Below are positions 1-12,000 of a DNA stretch of 64,000 nt, one piece after another; position 1 is the stretch's first letter, and each line of letters begins with the position of its first letter. The position numbers and the translations under genes are program-made. Under the pieces are notes generated by a model, which saw only the letters and a list, made by a program, of their open reading frames with translations, was not told the origin of the DNA and ran no database searches. This stretch comes from a virus (Duplodnaviria > Caudoviricetes), in IMG/VR virus record IMGVR_UViG_3300018430_000021, positions 227,103 through 291,102 of that record, one strand, 5' to 3'.

Positions 1-153
1 TTTATCGCGAGTCGTTACCCATGCGGTCGTGTGGTCATAATTGGACCAGTGTTCAAGCGTAAAAGTATAGTCATCGAACTCACACCAACGGGAACACTTC
101 TCCATGCGAGCTTTCATCTTCTTGTTGACTGACGCGTAGTGTGTATTATTCAT
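1..153 (-). CDS. hypothetical protein, 5' part only (runs off window)
   Basis: Open frame from ATG at 153 (MNNTHYASVNKKMKARMEKCSRW...) to the window edge. Confidence 0.6.
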   Translation of the reverse strand, partial: MNNTHYASVNKKMKARMEKCSRWCEFDDYTFTLEHWSNYDHTTAWVTTRDK

Positions 154-236
154 GTCCGGAAATCTATAATACAATAAATATAATAAAAATAAGGACCGTT
201 GTCAGCCCTTATTTTTAAATGTTTCTTTAAGATAAC

Positions 237-626
237 TTACTTAACGCCGAAAACCTGGTCCAAATCCGCCTTAAAGTCTTCTATGTTGTCACCGTCATAG
301 CTTGTATTGTTTGCGACAATCGTATAGACCGAACCGTCCGAACTGATACCGGAGAAAAGAATATTGACCATGATTTCATCGTCATATTCTCCCTTTTCGG
401 AAATTTCAAACATTGTAACATTCATATCGTAAGTATATAGATATGTCATTGGTTCCGGGTCAGTATTCTTTTCCCTTTTATGGAAACCATAATTATCAAG
501 TAACTTTTTAAGATAATTAATAAAATGTTCAGATTTTAACGGATGCCTGTTAACCTGCTCTTCAAGATAGTAGCCCGCATTATTCAAAACCTGCTTCGCC
601 TCAATTAAATCCATTTGAAACCTCAT
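237..626 (-). CDS. late-expressed hypothetical protein with N-terminal MDLxEAKxxLxxxGY/FxLxE motif
   Basis: TATAAATA upstream (633-640); N-terminus shared with 37499..38221; real start probably MDL at 614. Confidence 0.7.
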   Translation of the reverse strand: MRFQMDLIEAKQVLNNAGYYLEEQVNRHPLKSEHFINYLKKLLDNYGFHKREKNTDPEPMTYLYTYDMNVTMFEISEKGEYDDEIMVNILFSGISSDGSVYTIVANNTSYDGDNIEDFKADLDQVFGVK

Positions 627-632
627 TTTTAT

Positions 633-644
633 TATTTATAAATA
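633..644. promoter_or_regulatory. overlapping divergent T4-type late promoters (TATAAATA on both strands)
   Basis: tatttataaata between divergent genes; the same motif occurs at 3536-3543, 6117-6124, 38243-38250 and 63871-63878. Confidence 0.7.
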
Positions 645-658
645 AGTAAAGGTTAAAT

Positions 659-1345
659 ATGAGTGAAGTGAGAGAAGAATACACTGCAGAAAATTATCCA
701 AGTTTTGGCAAGAAGTATAATAACGAGAAGGCAATCATCTCGCTGACTTCTTGGCGTGCAAGAATCAACACGGTATCAAAGACGCTGTTCAGTCTATTGA
801 AGCAGTGTCCTGGTTTTCATATCGTCTTGGTATTGAGCGAAGAAGAATTTCCGAAAATGATGGATGAATTGCCTGAGAACTTGAAAGTATTTGCTGACAA
901 TGAACTTATTGAAATCTTGTGGGTGTATAAGAACTATAAGTCATTTAAGAAGGTACTTTTTACGATGGATAAGTACCGTGATGTTCCTATCATTTCAGCG
1001 GATGATGATTGTAATTATGTATGTAATTATGCTGAAGAATTATATCAAACTTATTTACATTATCCTAATAAATGTATTGCTTATAGAAAATCAAAATTTT
1101 CATTTTGTTTATGTGGCCCAGCTTCACTATATACGCCGTTTTTATTTGAAAAATTTATTTTAGAATTCAAAAAATTAAAATTAACAAATTATCAAGATGA
1201 CGGTTTTTTTGCAAATATATTAAAAGAATTAAATGAAAAACCTATTGCATTACACAATAAGTTTCCTTGTAATTTTCATGATGAAATTAAACCTTTAAAT
1301 GGGTCTTTATATAATAAAGAGTGGAAAAATTCACAAATGTATTAA
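659..1345 (+). CDS. putative glycosyltransferase (GT-A-like)
   Basis: ISLTSWxxRI...SFKK...IISADDD motifs; paralogue of 3556..4230. Confidence 0.7.
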   Translation: MSEVREEYTAENYPSFGKKYNNEKAIISLTSWRARINTVSKTLFSLLKQCPGFHIVLVLSEEEFPKMMDELPENLKVFADNELIEILWVYKNYKSFKKVLFTMDKYRDVPIISADDDCNYVCNYAEELYQTYLHYPNKCIAYRKSKFSFCLCGPASLYTPFLFEKFILEFKKLKLTNYQDDGFFANILKELNEKPIALHNKFPCNFHDEIKPLNGSLYNKEWKNSQMY

Positions 1346-2076
1346 ATACCAAATAATTCAGTAATTTGTGATTTATTTAATTTACTTTTTAAATTACTCC
1401 ACTGTGTTTTATTAGAATATGTTAAATGGTCATTTGTTCCTGTTTGATTATATATAAACATTCTATTAAATGAATTAATTATTATATTTTCATTTTGTAA
1501 ATTAAATTCTTCTTTTAATAATTGTACTATTTTTGTATGATTGTATTTATATGGATTTATTTGTAATTTATTCCAATTTATAAATAAACTAATCATAATT
1601 GATGTAGAACCTATCTTTCCGTAGGATGCATTAAATTCATATAGTTCATATTTTTTATTTATATCTTGTGTAAAACCTTTTTCAAAACCAATATAAAATA
1701 AATCTGTATTATAATTAATATTTTGTTTAATAATAGATACACAATCATTTCTTATACAATCATCATGGTCTATTCGACTTAATATTATTTTTTCTTTATT
1801 TAATTTTGATATATATTTTTCTAAATCTATAAAATTTATTATTTCTACATCAAATTTACATAATTTTTTTAACTCTAATATTTTATTTAATAAAAAATTA
1901 GAATTTTCATGTTTTAATAAAACTAACGTAAAATTTTTATCTGTTTGATTATTTAATGAAGGTATTAAAAAATTAATCATATTTTTATAACCGTCATTTA
2001 ATAAATTTTCATCAAAAATGTTTTTACTCAATTTTATACAATAAAACCTAACTAAAATTAAATGTTTTATTTCCAT
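1342..2076 (-). CDS. putative rhamnosyl/glycosyltransferase
   Basis: FLIPSLxNQTDKNF and RIDHDD motifs typical of putative rhamnosyltransferases. Confidence 0.6.
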   Translation of the reverse strand: MEIKHLILVRFYCIKLSKNIFDENLLNDGYKNMINFLIPSLNNQTDKNFTLVLLKHENSNFLLNKILELKKLCKFDVEIINFIDLEKYISKLNKEKIILSRIDHDDCIRNDCVSIIKQNINYNTDLFYIGFEKGFTQDINKKYELYEFNASYGKIGSTSIMISLFINWNKLQINPYKYNHTKIVQLLKEEFNLQNENIIINSFNRMFIYNQTGTNDHLTYSNKTQWSNLKSKLNKSQITELFGI

Positions 2077-2915
2077 AATTTTAATAATCCCTCAAATGTT
2101 TTAAAAAATCTACTATATTTGTAAATTGTTTTATATATTTTTGGTTTATTTTTATTAAATGTTTTATTTGCGGCAGATTTTCTTTCACGACATTTCATAA
2201 TCCATTCAATATTTGATTTATATTGAAAATGTGCAATAAATAAATCATCACATGCACATGGTGGATTTATCCAATCATCATATATTTTTTTACCATTTAT
2301 TAAATAACTTCCCACATTATTATTTGTACAATTATATGTTGGATTATGCCCGCCATTATGCGGCATTCCCCAATACCACGTTGCCGTTGTTTTTACAAAT
2401 GTTTTTACCCAACTATTATCTTGCCGCCATATAGGATATAATTGCTTACATACATAATCTGACCATCCTGTAGCATTTTCAATAAGTGATTTTGTTCGTT
2501 TCTCTGTATATTCTAATGGAAACATGTTTCGCCAGCCAATACTAAATTTTTTAATATCTGGCCATTTATCTTGTAATGTCAAAATCATTTCATTAACATT
2601 ATTATGAAATTTATCACCAATATATAAAAACTCGTCATCATCAATAGGTAAAACCCACCATGCGGAACTTTTATTGTTGATATACTTATTATATAATGTA
2701 TATTGGTTCGGCCAACCAGTTATAAGTTCATATGTAACTCTATCACCATAAGAGTCACAAACACTTTTAATATCTACCCAACTTTCATTATCAAAAATAT
2801 GACAACAATCAAAACCAATAATGTCTAAATGCCAATGTAACCAATCTTTAAAATCTTGAAGATTATAAGATTTAGTTAATAAAACTACTTCTGATAATTT
2901 ATTTTTGTTCACCAT
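2067..2915 (-). CDS. glycosyltransferase family 2/92-like
   Basis: WLxWH..GFD..IFDNES, PIDDDEF, HFQYKS motifs. Confidence 0.7.
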   Translation of the reverse strand: MVNKNKLSEVVLLTKSYNLQDFKDWLHWHLDIIGFDCCHIFDNESWVDIKSVCDSYGDRVTYELITGWPNQYTLYNKYINNKSSAWWVLPIDDDEFLYIGDKFHNNVNEMILTLQDKWPDIKKFSIGWRNMFPLEYTEKRTKSLIENATGWSDYVCKQLYPIWRQDNSWVKTFVKTTATWYWGMPHNGGHNPTYNCTNNNVGSYLINGKKIYDDWINPPCACDDLFIAHFQYKSNIEWIMKCRERKSAANKTFNKNKPKIYKTIYKYSRFFKTFEGLLKLWK

Positions 2916-3531
2916 TTTTAATAAATCCCATTATCTGTGTAAAATATTTATCTGCATACCATTCCGGAAATCGATTTCCTGCGCCCCTATAGCCTCCACC
3001 ACGACCATGTGGATCATAAATTACAAATATATTTTTATTATTTGTTTTTAAATTTTTATTATAAGTAATTACAACAAGTTTATATTTTAAATCTTCTTTT
3101 TCAATTTTCCAAAACGCCGCTTCATCATAATCCATATGTTCCCATTCAGTAATAAAAACCGGAGATTCTTTTTGGTCAAGCATACGTTTTAATCGTTCTT
3201 CATATTTTTGAACTATATATTCCCAAATTTTACAATATCTAACATCATGTCCAACAATATTTGGGATTTTATAGTTTTTATCAAATAAAAAATGAACATA
3301 TTCAAGCTTAATATTATTATCAATAGTTATAATAAATTGTTCTTGTCCTTTATTATATCTATGCGGTTCTTTTGAAAGTTCATAATTATTCCAATTAATA
3401 GTTTCCCAGTTTGTCATTAAATAATATAGGGAATTAAAATCTAAATTTATCCAGGTAAATGGATTTGCCCTACCTTGACCAGCTTTTTGTTCTATATAAT
3501 TAGATATGCAGCAATTACCGATTAAATTCAT
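2899..3531 (-). CDS. DUF1796/DUF1919-like polysaccharide-associated protein
   Basis: N-terminal IGNCC...NPFTW, internal HF, KYxxRLxR pattern. Confidence 0.4.
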   Translation of the reverse strand: MNLIGNCCISNYIEQKAGQGRANPFTWINLDFNSLYYLMTNWETINWNNYELSKEPHRYNKGQEQFIITIDNNIKLEYVHFLFDKNYKIPNIVGHDVRYCKIWEYIVQKYEERLKRMLDQKESPVFITEWEHMDYDEAAFWKIEKEDLKYKLVVITYNKNLKTNNKNIFVIYDPHGRGGGYRGAGNRFPEWYADKYFTQIMGFIKNGEQK

Positions 3532-3555
3532 ACTATATTTATATAAAAAGTGTTA

Positions 3556-4230
3556 CTAATAAGCAACTCTTTTCCAATATTCTTTATATATGCTGTCTTT
3601 AAATTTTCTATTCCTACAAAGACCGTTTCGTTCATCAACTTCTTTCATAGTTCCAGGCTGTGCATGAAGTCTAGTAAGAAAGATATATGGAATATTTCTT
3701 TTCTTAGCCAGTACACCGTAGAAAGCGTCGTCATGATTACATTCGATGATTTTAGGATCTTCCAAGTATTGTAATGCACCGTTGAAACAGTTTGGCGGAA
3801 ACAGAGTTCCGTGTCCTCCACCACCCCATGGAATTCCACCAACAACCTGATGATATTCGCTTATGATACAGTTCTTATTTTCAAGCCATTTATCGTAGAG
3901 TTCTTGTGCATAATTTCGGATATAGATACAACCGTCATCTGCAGAAATAATCGGAACATCTTTATACTTATGCATAGTGAAAAGAATTTTCTTGAATGCT
4001 CGATAATTCTTAGTGACCCAAAGAACTTCGATTATGTTTCTTTCAATCAAAATTTTAAGGTCATCAGGCAAACATGATTCATTTGGAAATTCTTCTGTAC
4101 TGAGAACAAGAACAATATGAAAACCAGGGCACTGTTGTAAAAGACTGAAAACGGTCCTTGCAACAGTTCCGATTCTATTTTTCCATGAAGTTAGACTTAT
4201 AATCGCTTTTTCGCCCTGATATTGTTTCAT
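3556..4230 (-). CDS. putative glycosyltransferase (paralogue of 659..1345)
   Basis: KAIISLTSWxxRI, CPGFHIVLVLS, DVPIISADD shared with 659..1345. Confidence 0.7.
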   Translation of the reverse strand: MKQYQGEKAIISLTSWKNRIGTVARTVFSLLQQCPGFHIVLVLSTEEFPNESCLPDDLKILIERNIIEVLWVTKNYRAFKKILFTMHKYKDVPIISADDGCIYIRNYAQELYDKWLENKNCIISEYHQVVGGIPWGGGGHGTLFPPNCFNGALQYLEDPKIIECNHDDAFYGVLAKKRNIPYIFLTRLHAQPGTMKEVDERNGLCRNRKFKDSIYKEYWKRVAY

Positions 4231-4231
4231 A

Positions 4232-5245
4232 TTAGTCCATTAAGCTCTTTGCGGCATTTTCCCAAGTAAATCTACGATGGTTAAACGTGGTGAAATAGTT
4301 ATCGTTCAATGCCTTTATACACATATTGGCCAGATAGTCGCTATACAGGTACATATCTTCAATCATTTCAGAATCATCGTAAAAATCAGAAGAAAGGAAG
4401 TTTACACCCTTACAGGTAGTACCCATACCGCCGAGACTGGTAGTAAGAATACAATTACCGGCTGCAGCATTTTCTACCGCACTGATACAGAATGTTTCCT
4501 TGAAAGCCAAACCATAAGCAGAAATACCGAGATTCGGATAACACCATATTTTAGCCTTCTTTTGTTCTTCGGCCAGTTCCGGCTTTGTAAGCCTACCAAG
4601 ATTTATGATACCTGGAGCGTCAATGTCATACTTATTATAACTGCAGATTTTCAATTCAAAATCAGTAACACTGTTTTTAATTTTAGGATAAACAAGCTTT
4701 ATGAAAAAATCAAGTCCACGTTCAAAGCGGCTACTCCAAACCATGGAATTCGTCTTCTTGGACATGTCAACATCCTTATAAAGATCCATATCGATTCCGT
4801 TAAGCGTTACCTTAACGAAATTACTAGCCTTGGGAATGTTATATTGCATTTCCATAAAGGTCTTATGCCAGTTGGACAATACGAAGATATGCTTTAACTT
4901 CCTAAAATCTACGGCTTCACCAGGATAATGGAACAAGCCCATATCATGCATCATTAAAGAAATATTCTTACTCTTTACCTTATTCATTCCCTTGATACCA
5001 CGGGAATAATAGAAGTAATCGAATTCCGTAGTCGCACAAATCTTATCGAAACTTTCTTTCTTCAAATAGTGAACATTTTTATAGTCATGTTCAGCAGGAG
5101 TATTCACAAACAGGAATACTTCATGACCTAAATCCGAGAATGCTTCTGAGATTTTATTAAGCCAAGTTTCAGAACCACCCAAGAATTTGGTATTTTCGTC
5201 TACACTAATATCGAGAACACAACCGTCAAAAATACCAATTTTCAT
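4232..5245 (-). CDS. glycosyltransferase family 4 (GT-B)
   Basis: GGSE, NGID, SSRFERGL, ETFCISAVE..AAG motifs. Confidence 0.8.
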   Translation of the reverse strand: MKIGIFDGCVLDISVDENTKFLGGSETWLNKISEAFSDLGHEVFLFVNTPAEHDYKNVHYLKKESFDKICATTEFDYFYYSRGIKGMNKVKSKNISLMMHDMGLFHYPGEAVDFRKLKHIFVLSNWHKTFMEMQYNIPKASNFVKVTLNGIDMDLYKDVDMSKKTNSMVWSSRFERGLDFFIKLVYPKIKNSVTDFELKICSYNKYDIDAPGIINLGRLTKPELAEEQKKAKIWCYPNLGISAYGLAFKETFCISAVENAAAGNCILTTSLGGMGTTCKGVNFLSSDFYDDSEMIEDMYLYSDYLANMCIKALNDNYFTTFNHRRFTWENAAKSLMD

Positions 5246-6091
5246 TTATACCTCTAAACCCAATCTTTCCTTTACGTAAGCGACTTTTTCTGGCGTCTTT
5301 TCATTAAGGTTGAAATACCATTCAATTCGTTTCAAAACCGGAGTTACATAATGAGCGGCGTCGGTTGGTTCCATACAGCGGCGGTCAATATATTCTTCGA
5401 GAGACTTTGTAATATAGTGACGAACATAGTTATTATCCGTACTTACCGGTTCTGCGGACCAACGACAGTCAGAAGGCATACCATTGCTTCTACGGCAGAT
5501 TCCGTTTTCGACATAGCATGTATGAACGTCAATCATAAGACGCTTGTCAGATACACGTAAAATGGACTTGACAAACATATTTTCAGAAATACCCTTTTCG
5601 ATTTCGTCACCGTTGTATTTGGCGAGCAATGGTGCTTGTTCCGGGAACCTTTCGAGTACGGGCTTGTCGTTGTAGAGCATGTTTTCGTTATCGCCATAGA
5701 CACGCCAATTAAGATGAATAACGTCGGTATCTGCGAATATATCCTGGGAAAGGTATTCGTCTACTTTCTTTCCGTCAAACCAGAGAAATTCGTCGAGATC
5801 GATAAAAGTAACCCAGTCAAAACCCACAGGCTTGATAACGTTATTATAAATGTTGTTATAGACACCTTTCTGCATTCCAGCGATCTTCAGTGCGTCATAA
5901 CCGCGAAGATTCCAGATTTTTACAGGATATTTTTTCATGAGCTCACCGGCCTTAGAGGCGAGCGAGTCATCATCCATATTGTCGTTATTTACCAAGAAAA
6001 TTTTTGTGAATCCGAGTTTGGTATGATAGTCAAGCCATTCCTCGACATATCTGGATTCCTTTTTAGCAAGAGCTACGATAGCTGTCTTCAT
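5246..6091 (-). CDS. glycosyltransferase family 2/92-like
   Basis: EWLDYH..LGF, FIDLDEF, HYITKSLEEY motifs. Confidence 0.8.
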   Translation of the reverse strand: MKTAIVALAKKESRYVEEWLDYHTKLGFTKIFLVNNDNMDDDSLASKAGELMKKYPVKIWNLRGYDALKIAGMQKGVYNNIYNNVIKPVGFDWVTFIDLDEFLWFDGKKVDEYLSQDIFADTDVIHLNWRVYGDNENMLYNDKPVLERFPEQAPLLAKYNGDEIEKGISENMFVKSILRVSDKRLMIDVHTCYVENGICRRSNGMPSDCRWSAEPVSTDNNYVRHYITKSLEEYIDRRCMEPTDAAHYVTPVLKRIEWYFNLNEKTPEKVAYVKERLGLEV

Positions 6092-9000
6092 TCAATCACC
6101 TTTTTAATTAACAATTTATTTATAAAATTATAAGTCAGGAAATCCAATAAAATAGATAGCTGTATTACGAAGTTCTTCAACATCCGACGTTTTTCTCATA
6201 TCATAGGTTTTCCCTTGATATGTTAACCTTGCGATACCGTCATGGAACCTGTCAGAAAAATTGTTCATGAGCTCACCGATTAGCTTAAAATTATGAATCA
6301 ACCTATTAAAGCTATTTGTTGATTGCATACTTACTCTATTATAATCGGCAGGCTTATAAGTTACCGGTTCTTTCATTCCTTCAATAAGAGTACACGAAAG
6401 TTCTATAGTAACTTCCTTATCGGGCTTATCGTCAAGCTCAGAATATATCGGACGTCTAAAAATGTTCGTTTCTTCAGACATAATTAGAAACCCCAAGCCG
6501 AACGTTCTTCTTCATCTCGTACTTTTTGACATTTTGGACACAAGTCACCGCCCCAGTCTTCCATAATCTTGTCGTAAACATAATTCACATGTTGTTTTTC
6601 TTCGTCTGTAAGATTATGATACCAATCATCACTTGTAATCGGTTCATGGATAACGGAAACGACTTGTTCTCCACAATATGTATTAAAATCACGGCAATCT
6701 CGTCTACCTGCAGCTTGAGTTGTCCAATGAATTTTACCGTCCGCCGTTCTGCATAACAATGGTTCTGTCATAATTAAACCTCCGTGATATTGAGTTCAAA
6801 ACCGCCTTCTTCACCGTCAGCATTGTCATCCCAAATACTATCATCACGAGAACTGTATTTAATATCCTTTTTATTCTGGATAGCGTCATTAATCCAATCC
6901 ATGAAGAACTTCTTGATGTCAAGTCCTGTAAATTTCTTATTTTCGTTTTCAATATAGCCTTCATCGTCAAAAGGATAATTATAATCCTTTCGAGTATCAG
7001 AAACTATATTCTGGAAATATTCATAGCATTTATTGAACGCCTTTTCAGGATCCGAACCATTATAGACGAGACGGTGTTCAATATCGAAATCATGCTGGTA
7101 GACATGATGAACTGAATATACAGTTCGTTTCTTATGTTTCTTTGCTTCCAGTTCTTCAATATAGTTCATGACTACGGTTGGAAGTTCAATCTTTGCTTTC
7201 TTTAAAATTTCTCTAAATTCTTCTGGTTTCATATTAAATCTCCGGATTATAGCTTTTTTCTATTTCATAATGTTCTGCGGCTTCTCTAAAAACACTCTTA
7301 AGAGCACATTTACAAAATAATAATATTGCATCAGTTTCAGCAGGTGATACTACCTTATAAACATTACCTCTTAACCAGCCAGATTGAACAATACCTTTTG
7401 TCTTATATTCTCCAGAATTGAGAACATGGTCCAATATCCATTTATCTGATTGAAAACCATGCTCGACATGAATTGCGTCTTTCATGGGTCTGCCATTTGG
7501 GTCAATGGTAGAAATCGTATAAAGCGACTTTTCTTTTGGATTTACCTCATACTTATTACCTTTTTCATTAACTACTGTCATGTTATGTTCAACTATAAAA
7601 TTGCATTCCATGACGTCATAATTATAGATAATCGTATGTCGAAATCCTGCACCCAAAGTTATCAATTTAGCATTATACTTATTTGCAGTTTTGACAATAA
7701 ATTCTGCCATTTCTTCTGGGCTATGTATCATTTCGTTCATATCATCATGCCTTATTATCCTTGTTTTTTATCGACTTTCATTATTTAGTCTTCCTCATCT
7801 TCAGTCTTATTTTTCTTGAAAATTCCGGCAATAGAATCAATAATCAGGTATACGAAAATCATACCGATAATTGTTAATCCCGGATTATTCTGACAGAAAT
7901 TTAAAAATACTTCCATTATTTAGTCTCCCGTGGGTCTTTCCACTTTTCGATTTCTTTAGTTTTCTTGTACTTTACCGTTTTTCCATACGACTTTCTTTGT
8001 TTTCTTTTCTGTCGGTGCCCATCTTATTTTAAGGCTTTCAATGGCGTCAGACATGTTAACATAGGAATCCGGCATTGCGAATTCCGATATATCATTCCAA
8101 CAGTAGTGCCACCACAAAAGCCATACCTGAGGGAAAAATTCTTTGTTGTCATAAGTTATGACTCGCTTAGTCATTTTTCTCATTAACCATTTCCACATAT
8201 TCATTTCCTTAAAAACCTGGTTCTTCAGCCGGGCAACGGAAAACCCTCAAGAAGCCGGCTACATGACCATTGGACCAATCTGGATAGTTAATAATAAGGT
8301 CATGATCTGTTGCCAGTTTATCAAGCAGGTCATTTACAAGTTCATCCCAATTTTCATAAAGAGCCTTAAAAGGACTATTCGTGTTATATAAATGTAAAAC
8401 AAACTTGCCTTCTGTATTTCTTACCTTGAATCGAGTAAGAATGCTTCTGACGTAATTTTCAACCTTATCGTAATTTATACCGGCATATTTCAAAACCGGT
8501 AAGTCAGTCGGTCTATAACCGTCGTTTTCTTCCCCAGTACCGATAATTGTATAAATATACTTTCCAGAATTTCTAACAGCTCTGCATTCGGGTTCAATCA
8601 TGTGCCATGCAACTTCTGTAAATAACTGTTCAACAGAACTGATACAAGGCATAGTACGTTGAACTTCTGCAATATTGCATACTACGTCACGGTCCTTAAT
8701 ATCCAAATTTTCAAGTGGCGGATTTTCAAGATTGACCGTAATTACTTCGACTTCATCCTTGATAAGCGGAGTTACAGGAATACAGTCTTCAGGAACTGCC
8801 TGACCCCAACAAGGTTTATAGGTTGTAATACCGAGGAACTGAATCATCGGTGCACCAGTTTCTAATGTAAATCTTTTAAAAGTTACGTATCTAGTAGCCA
8901 TAAAGTTTCCTTTATTTAATAAGTTCTATACTTTTATCATAACACCAAAGCCATTTCTTGCATCTCGAAACATAGCGAAACCATTTCATATCATGGGCAT

Positions 9001-12000
9001 ATATCATTTTCTTATCGTCAGTTATAAAAGCCCACTGAGCATCTTTTATAGTTTCTCTAGGAGAACGAACCAAAATACATTCATGTGATTTTGGCATTTC
9101 TTCGTCAAACGTTTTCCAAGTAAATTTGTATTCTTCTACTATCATTCTTCTAGCCTTTTACCACCCACTACCACAATATGTGCTTTTCAGAGCATTAATT
9201 CTATTATTATAATCTTCAGTGCTTTCACGCATATCATCGATTGCTTTTGTCACTTTATCCTTATCACCAGAATAAGTGTTGTGATACTCGTGACGTTTGC
9301 TGAACCAGCCAAGTGTGATAACTTCTCTGTCTATCTTGCAATCAATTTGATACTTATCAGCAACTTCGTACGCTGCTCGTGATAGACCATTAATTTCGTG
9401 TCCACTTGCTATTGTAAATGTTTCTCTGTAATCACTCATATTATACCTCTTAATCTAAAACGTTAAGACAGTTCTGAACATATCCATTTTCAAGAATAGC
9501 ATTAAAACGGTCTATATTCTTTTTCAGCATATCCCGGTCATATTCCTTATTGTTGATAACAAGAGTATACAACGGATATTTTTCTTCGCCTTTAAGCATA
9601 TCATGGGTAAGCTCTTTAAAGCTGGCAATTTCCATATTTCTTGACCAGGCTTCTGACGGTATTAACGAATGTTCTCCTCTTAACATAATACAGTCTGCAG
9701 TCCATGAAAAATGTTCTACGCATTCTTGATATTCATAAGATAGAAAATTTTTATTAAATGGATTAAAGAACCCGGGTTTTCTTCTGCGTAATCTTTTGCA
9801 CTTTTTATATCCACTATGAAGTGCATCTTTTTCAAAATGTAATTCACATTTACCCGGATAGAAATTCTTGGTATGACCATATTTCTTTTCATTTCTGAAA
9901 TAATAATATACCTTGACATAATAGGTCATATTATGTGTATTTTCCGGTAACATTAAATATTCAGAACAGCTCACCAGGATTCTCCATCTGTTGTTACTTG
10001 TGGGTAAAGTGTAACAATATTCGCTATATCATAATCTTTATATGACTTCTTAATTTTTTCGATGCCTTCTTCAATAGAATTACAGTCTACATGAACATGT
10101 ACTTCCTCATATACACCATTATCTACATCGAGGTTAACTATATAATTTTGAATCATTAGAAATTCCTTTCAAGGCATCTTTCCGCTGTTGCTTCTTCCGT
10201 TGTATAGAGATGAAGATCCTGAAGTAATGCTTCCGTAATTTCACTGAACTCATATTCATGTAAATGCTTAAGATTAGACCCAAGGCAATCAGGCTTATCA
10301 AGCTTTTCGAAAGTTACAAGACGTTTATTATAAGAATCCATGGTAGCGATATGTTCGCCATTCTTTTCAATATAATGCTGCTTGCATACAATACCACCGC
10401 GGCTGTTACAATAAGTCTGCGGGATTTCGTTAAATGTAAAACCATTGGCTTTCAATACTCTTTTAATCTTTGCAAACTGCATATTATACTCCTTTTAAAT
10501 CGTCTAATGCGTTATCCATATCATCCAAAGCTGCTTCAGCCGTAATAGCAGCCTCAAAAGTTTCTACTACTTTTTCAGCAATACAATCATAAGGAAACAC
10601 AGCACATAAGCTTTCCAGATGAATACCCCTATTTAACTTCTTACTGAAGACAATCGGTGAACGGTCGTTTTCGTCTTCACGAATTTCAATATCACCTTTG
10701 CCTTCCTTAACAATTGCTTCCATGAGTCTGGCTTCACAGTAAGGATCCAAAAAATTTGCTACATGTCGCATCATATAACCTCAATCTTAAAATTCAACAA
10801 GTTTGTAAATCTCTTACCGGTGGGCAAATTCAAGCATAATCCGTCGGCTTCAATATCAAGGTTATATAAGTCACAACCTTTTACGAGATTCCAAATAGTA
10901 TTACCGGATGGAGTATCTAACAGAGTAATTTCAACATCGTATGTATTATCGGCACATGGAACAATCTTAGTCACCTTACCGTAAATCTTATTAACGTCAA
11001 GTTCAAAATCGGGACCCAACGCAAATACAACAACAGACTGGCCACAATCCATCCGTTTTTCACGATATTCTTCAATAGCAAACAATACCGAGTCTTTTCT
11101 ATACTCTTGAAGGTTAGTAACATTACCGGATATGATGACTTTCTTGAATCCGCCGTTATCTTCGACATCCCAGATTTCGCGTTCACTCATTTGTGAACGA
11201 CCCATAGAATACTGGTCTTCTACTGTAGGTTCTTCTCTATATTCAATCATAATTACAACCCCGGAACTTCTATATCTTCAATTTCAAAATGAGTCGAAAT
11301 ACGTTCCATGATACACCAACTGCCTATTGTCGAATACGAATCTAACCAGTGACAACCATGTTCGTATCTTGTAAAATCATAATGATACATGGGTTCAGTT
11401 TCACACATCTTCGCGACTTCATCCAGCTTATCCTGAATACATTTTTCGGCTTCTTCTACTGTCTTAAAACCGCCTTGAATATGTGTACCTTTACGTTCGG
11501 CTTCATCTCGTGGACCATCACAACGTATATAGCTAACTTCTGCAGTTACGATGTATAGTTTCATGTACTAATTCCTTCAGTTCTTCTTTTTTCTTAGTTT
11601 CCATTTTTTCTCTATATCTGGGGCGTGTCATAAACGAATAAATCTTATCTATACCGGCCAGTTCGCCCCAGTAGCTACCTTTAAATCGTCGTTCGATAAT
11701 CTGGTAAAAAACACGCCCATCAAAACAGTTCAGTAAATCAATATGGTCTGTAAATTTTTGACGTTCTATACATTTTAAACCGTCATCCAGAAATTCCAGC
11801 TGGTAATATTTGCAATCGTTGTCAAATGTTATACGATACCGGTCAAATTCCAAGACTACGCCGAATATTGACCTGTAAACCTTATAGTCGATATAATATT
11901 CGACAAGGCGCTCGGCCATATGCATAATTAAACCGTTTATTTTATCACGATAATAGGCGTTCATATTATCCTTGTTTGTGTTTAAGCCAATTCTTCATAT

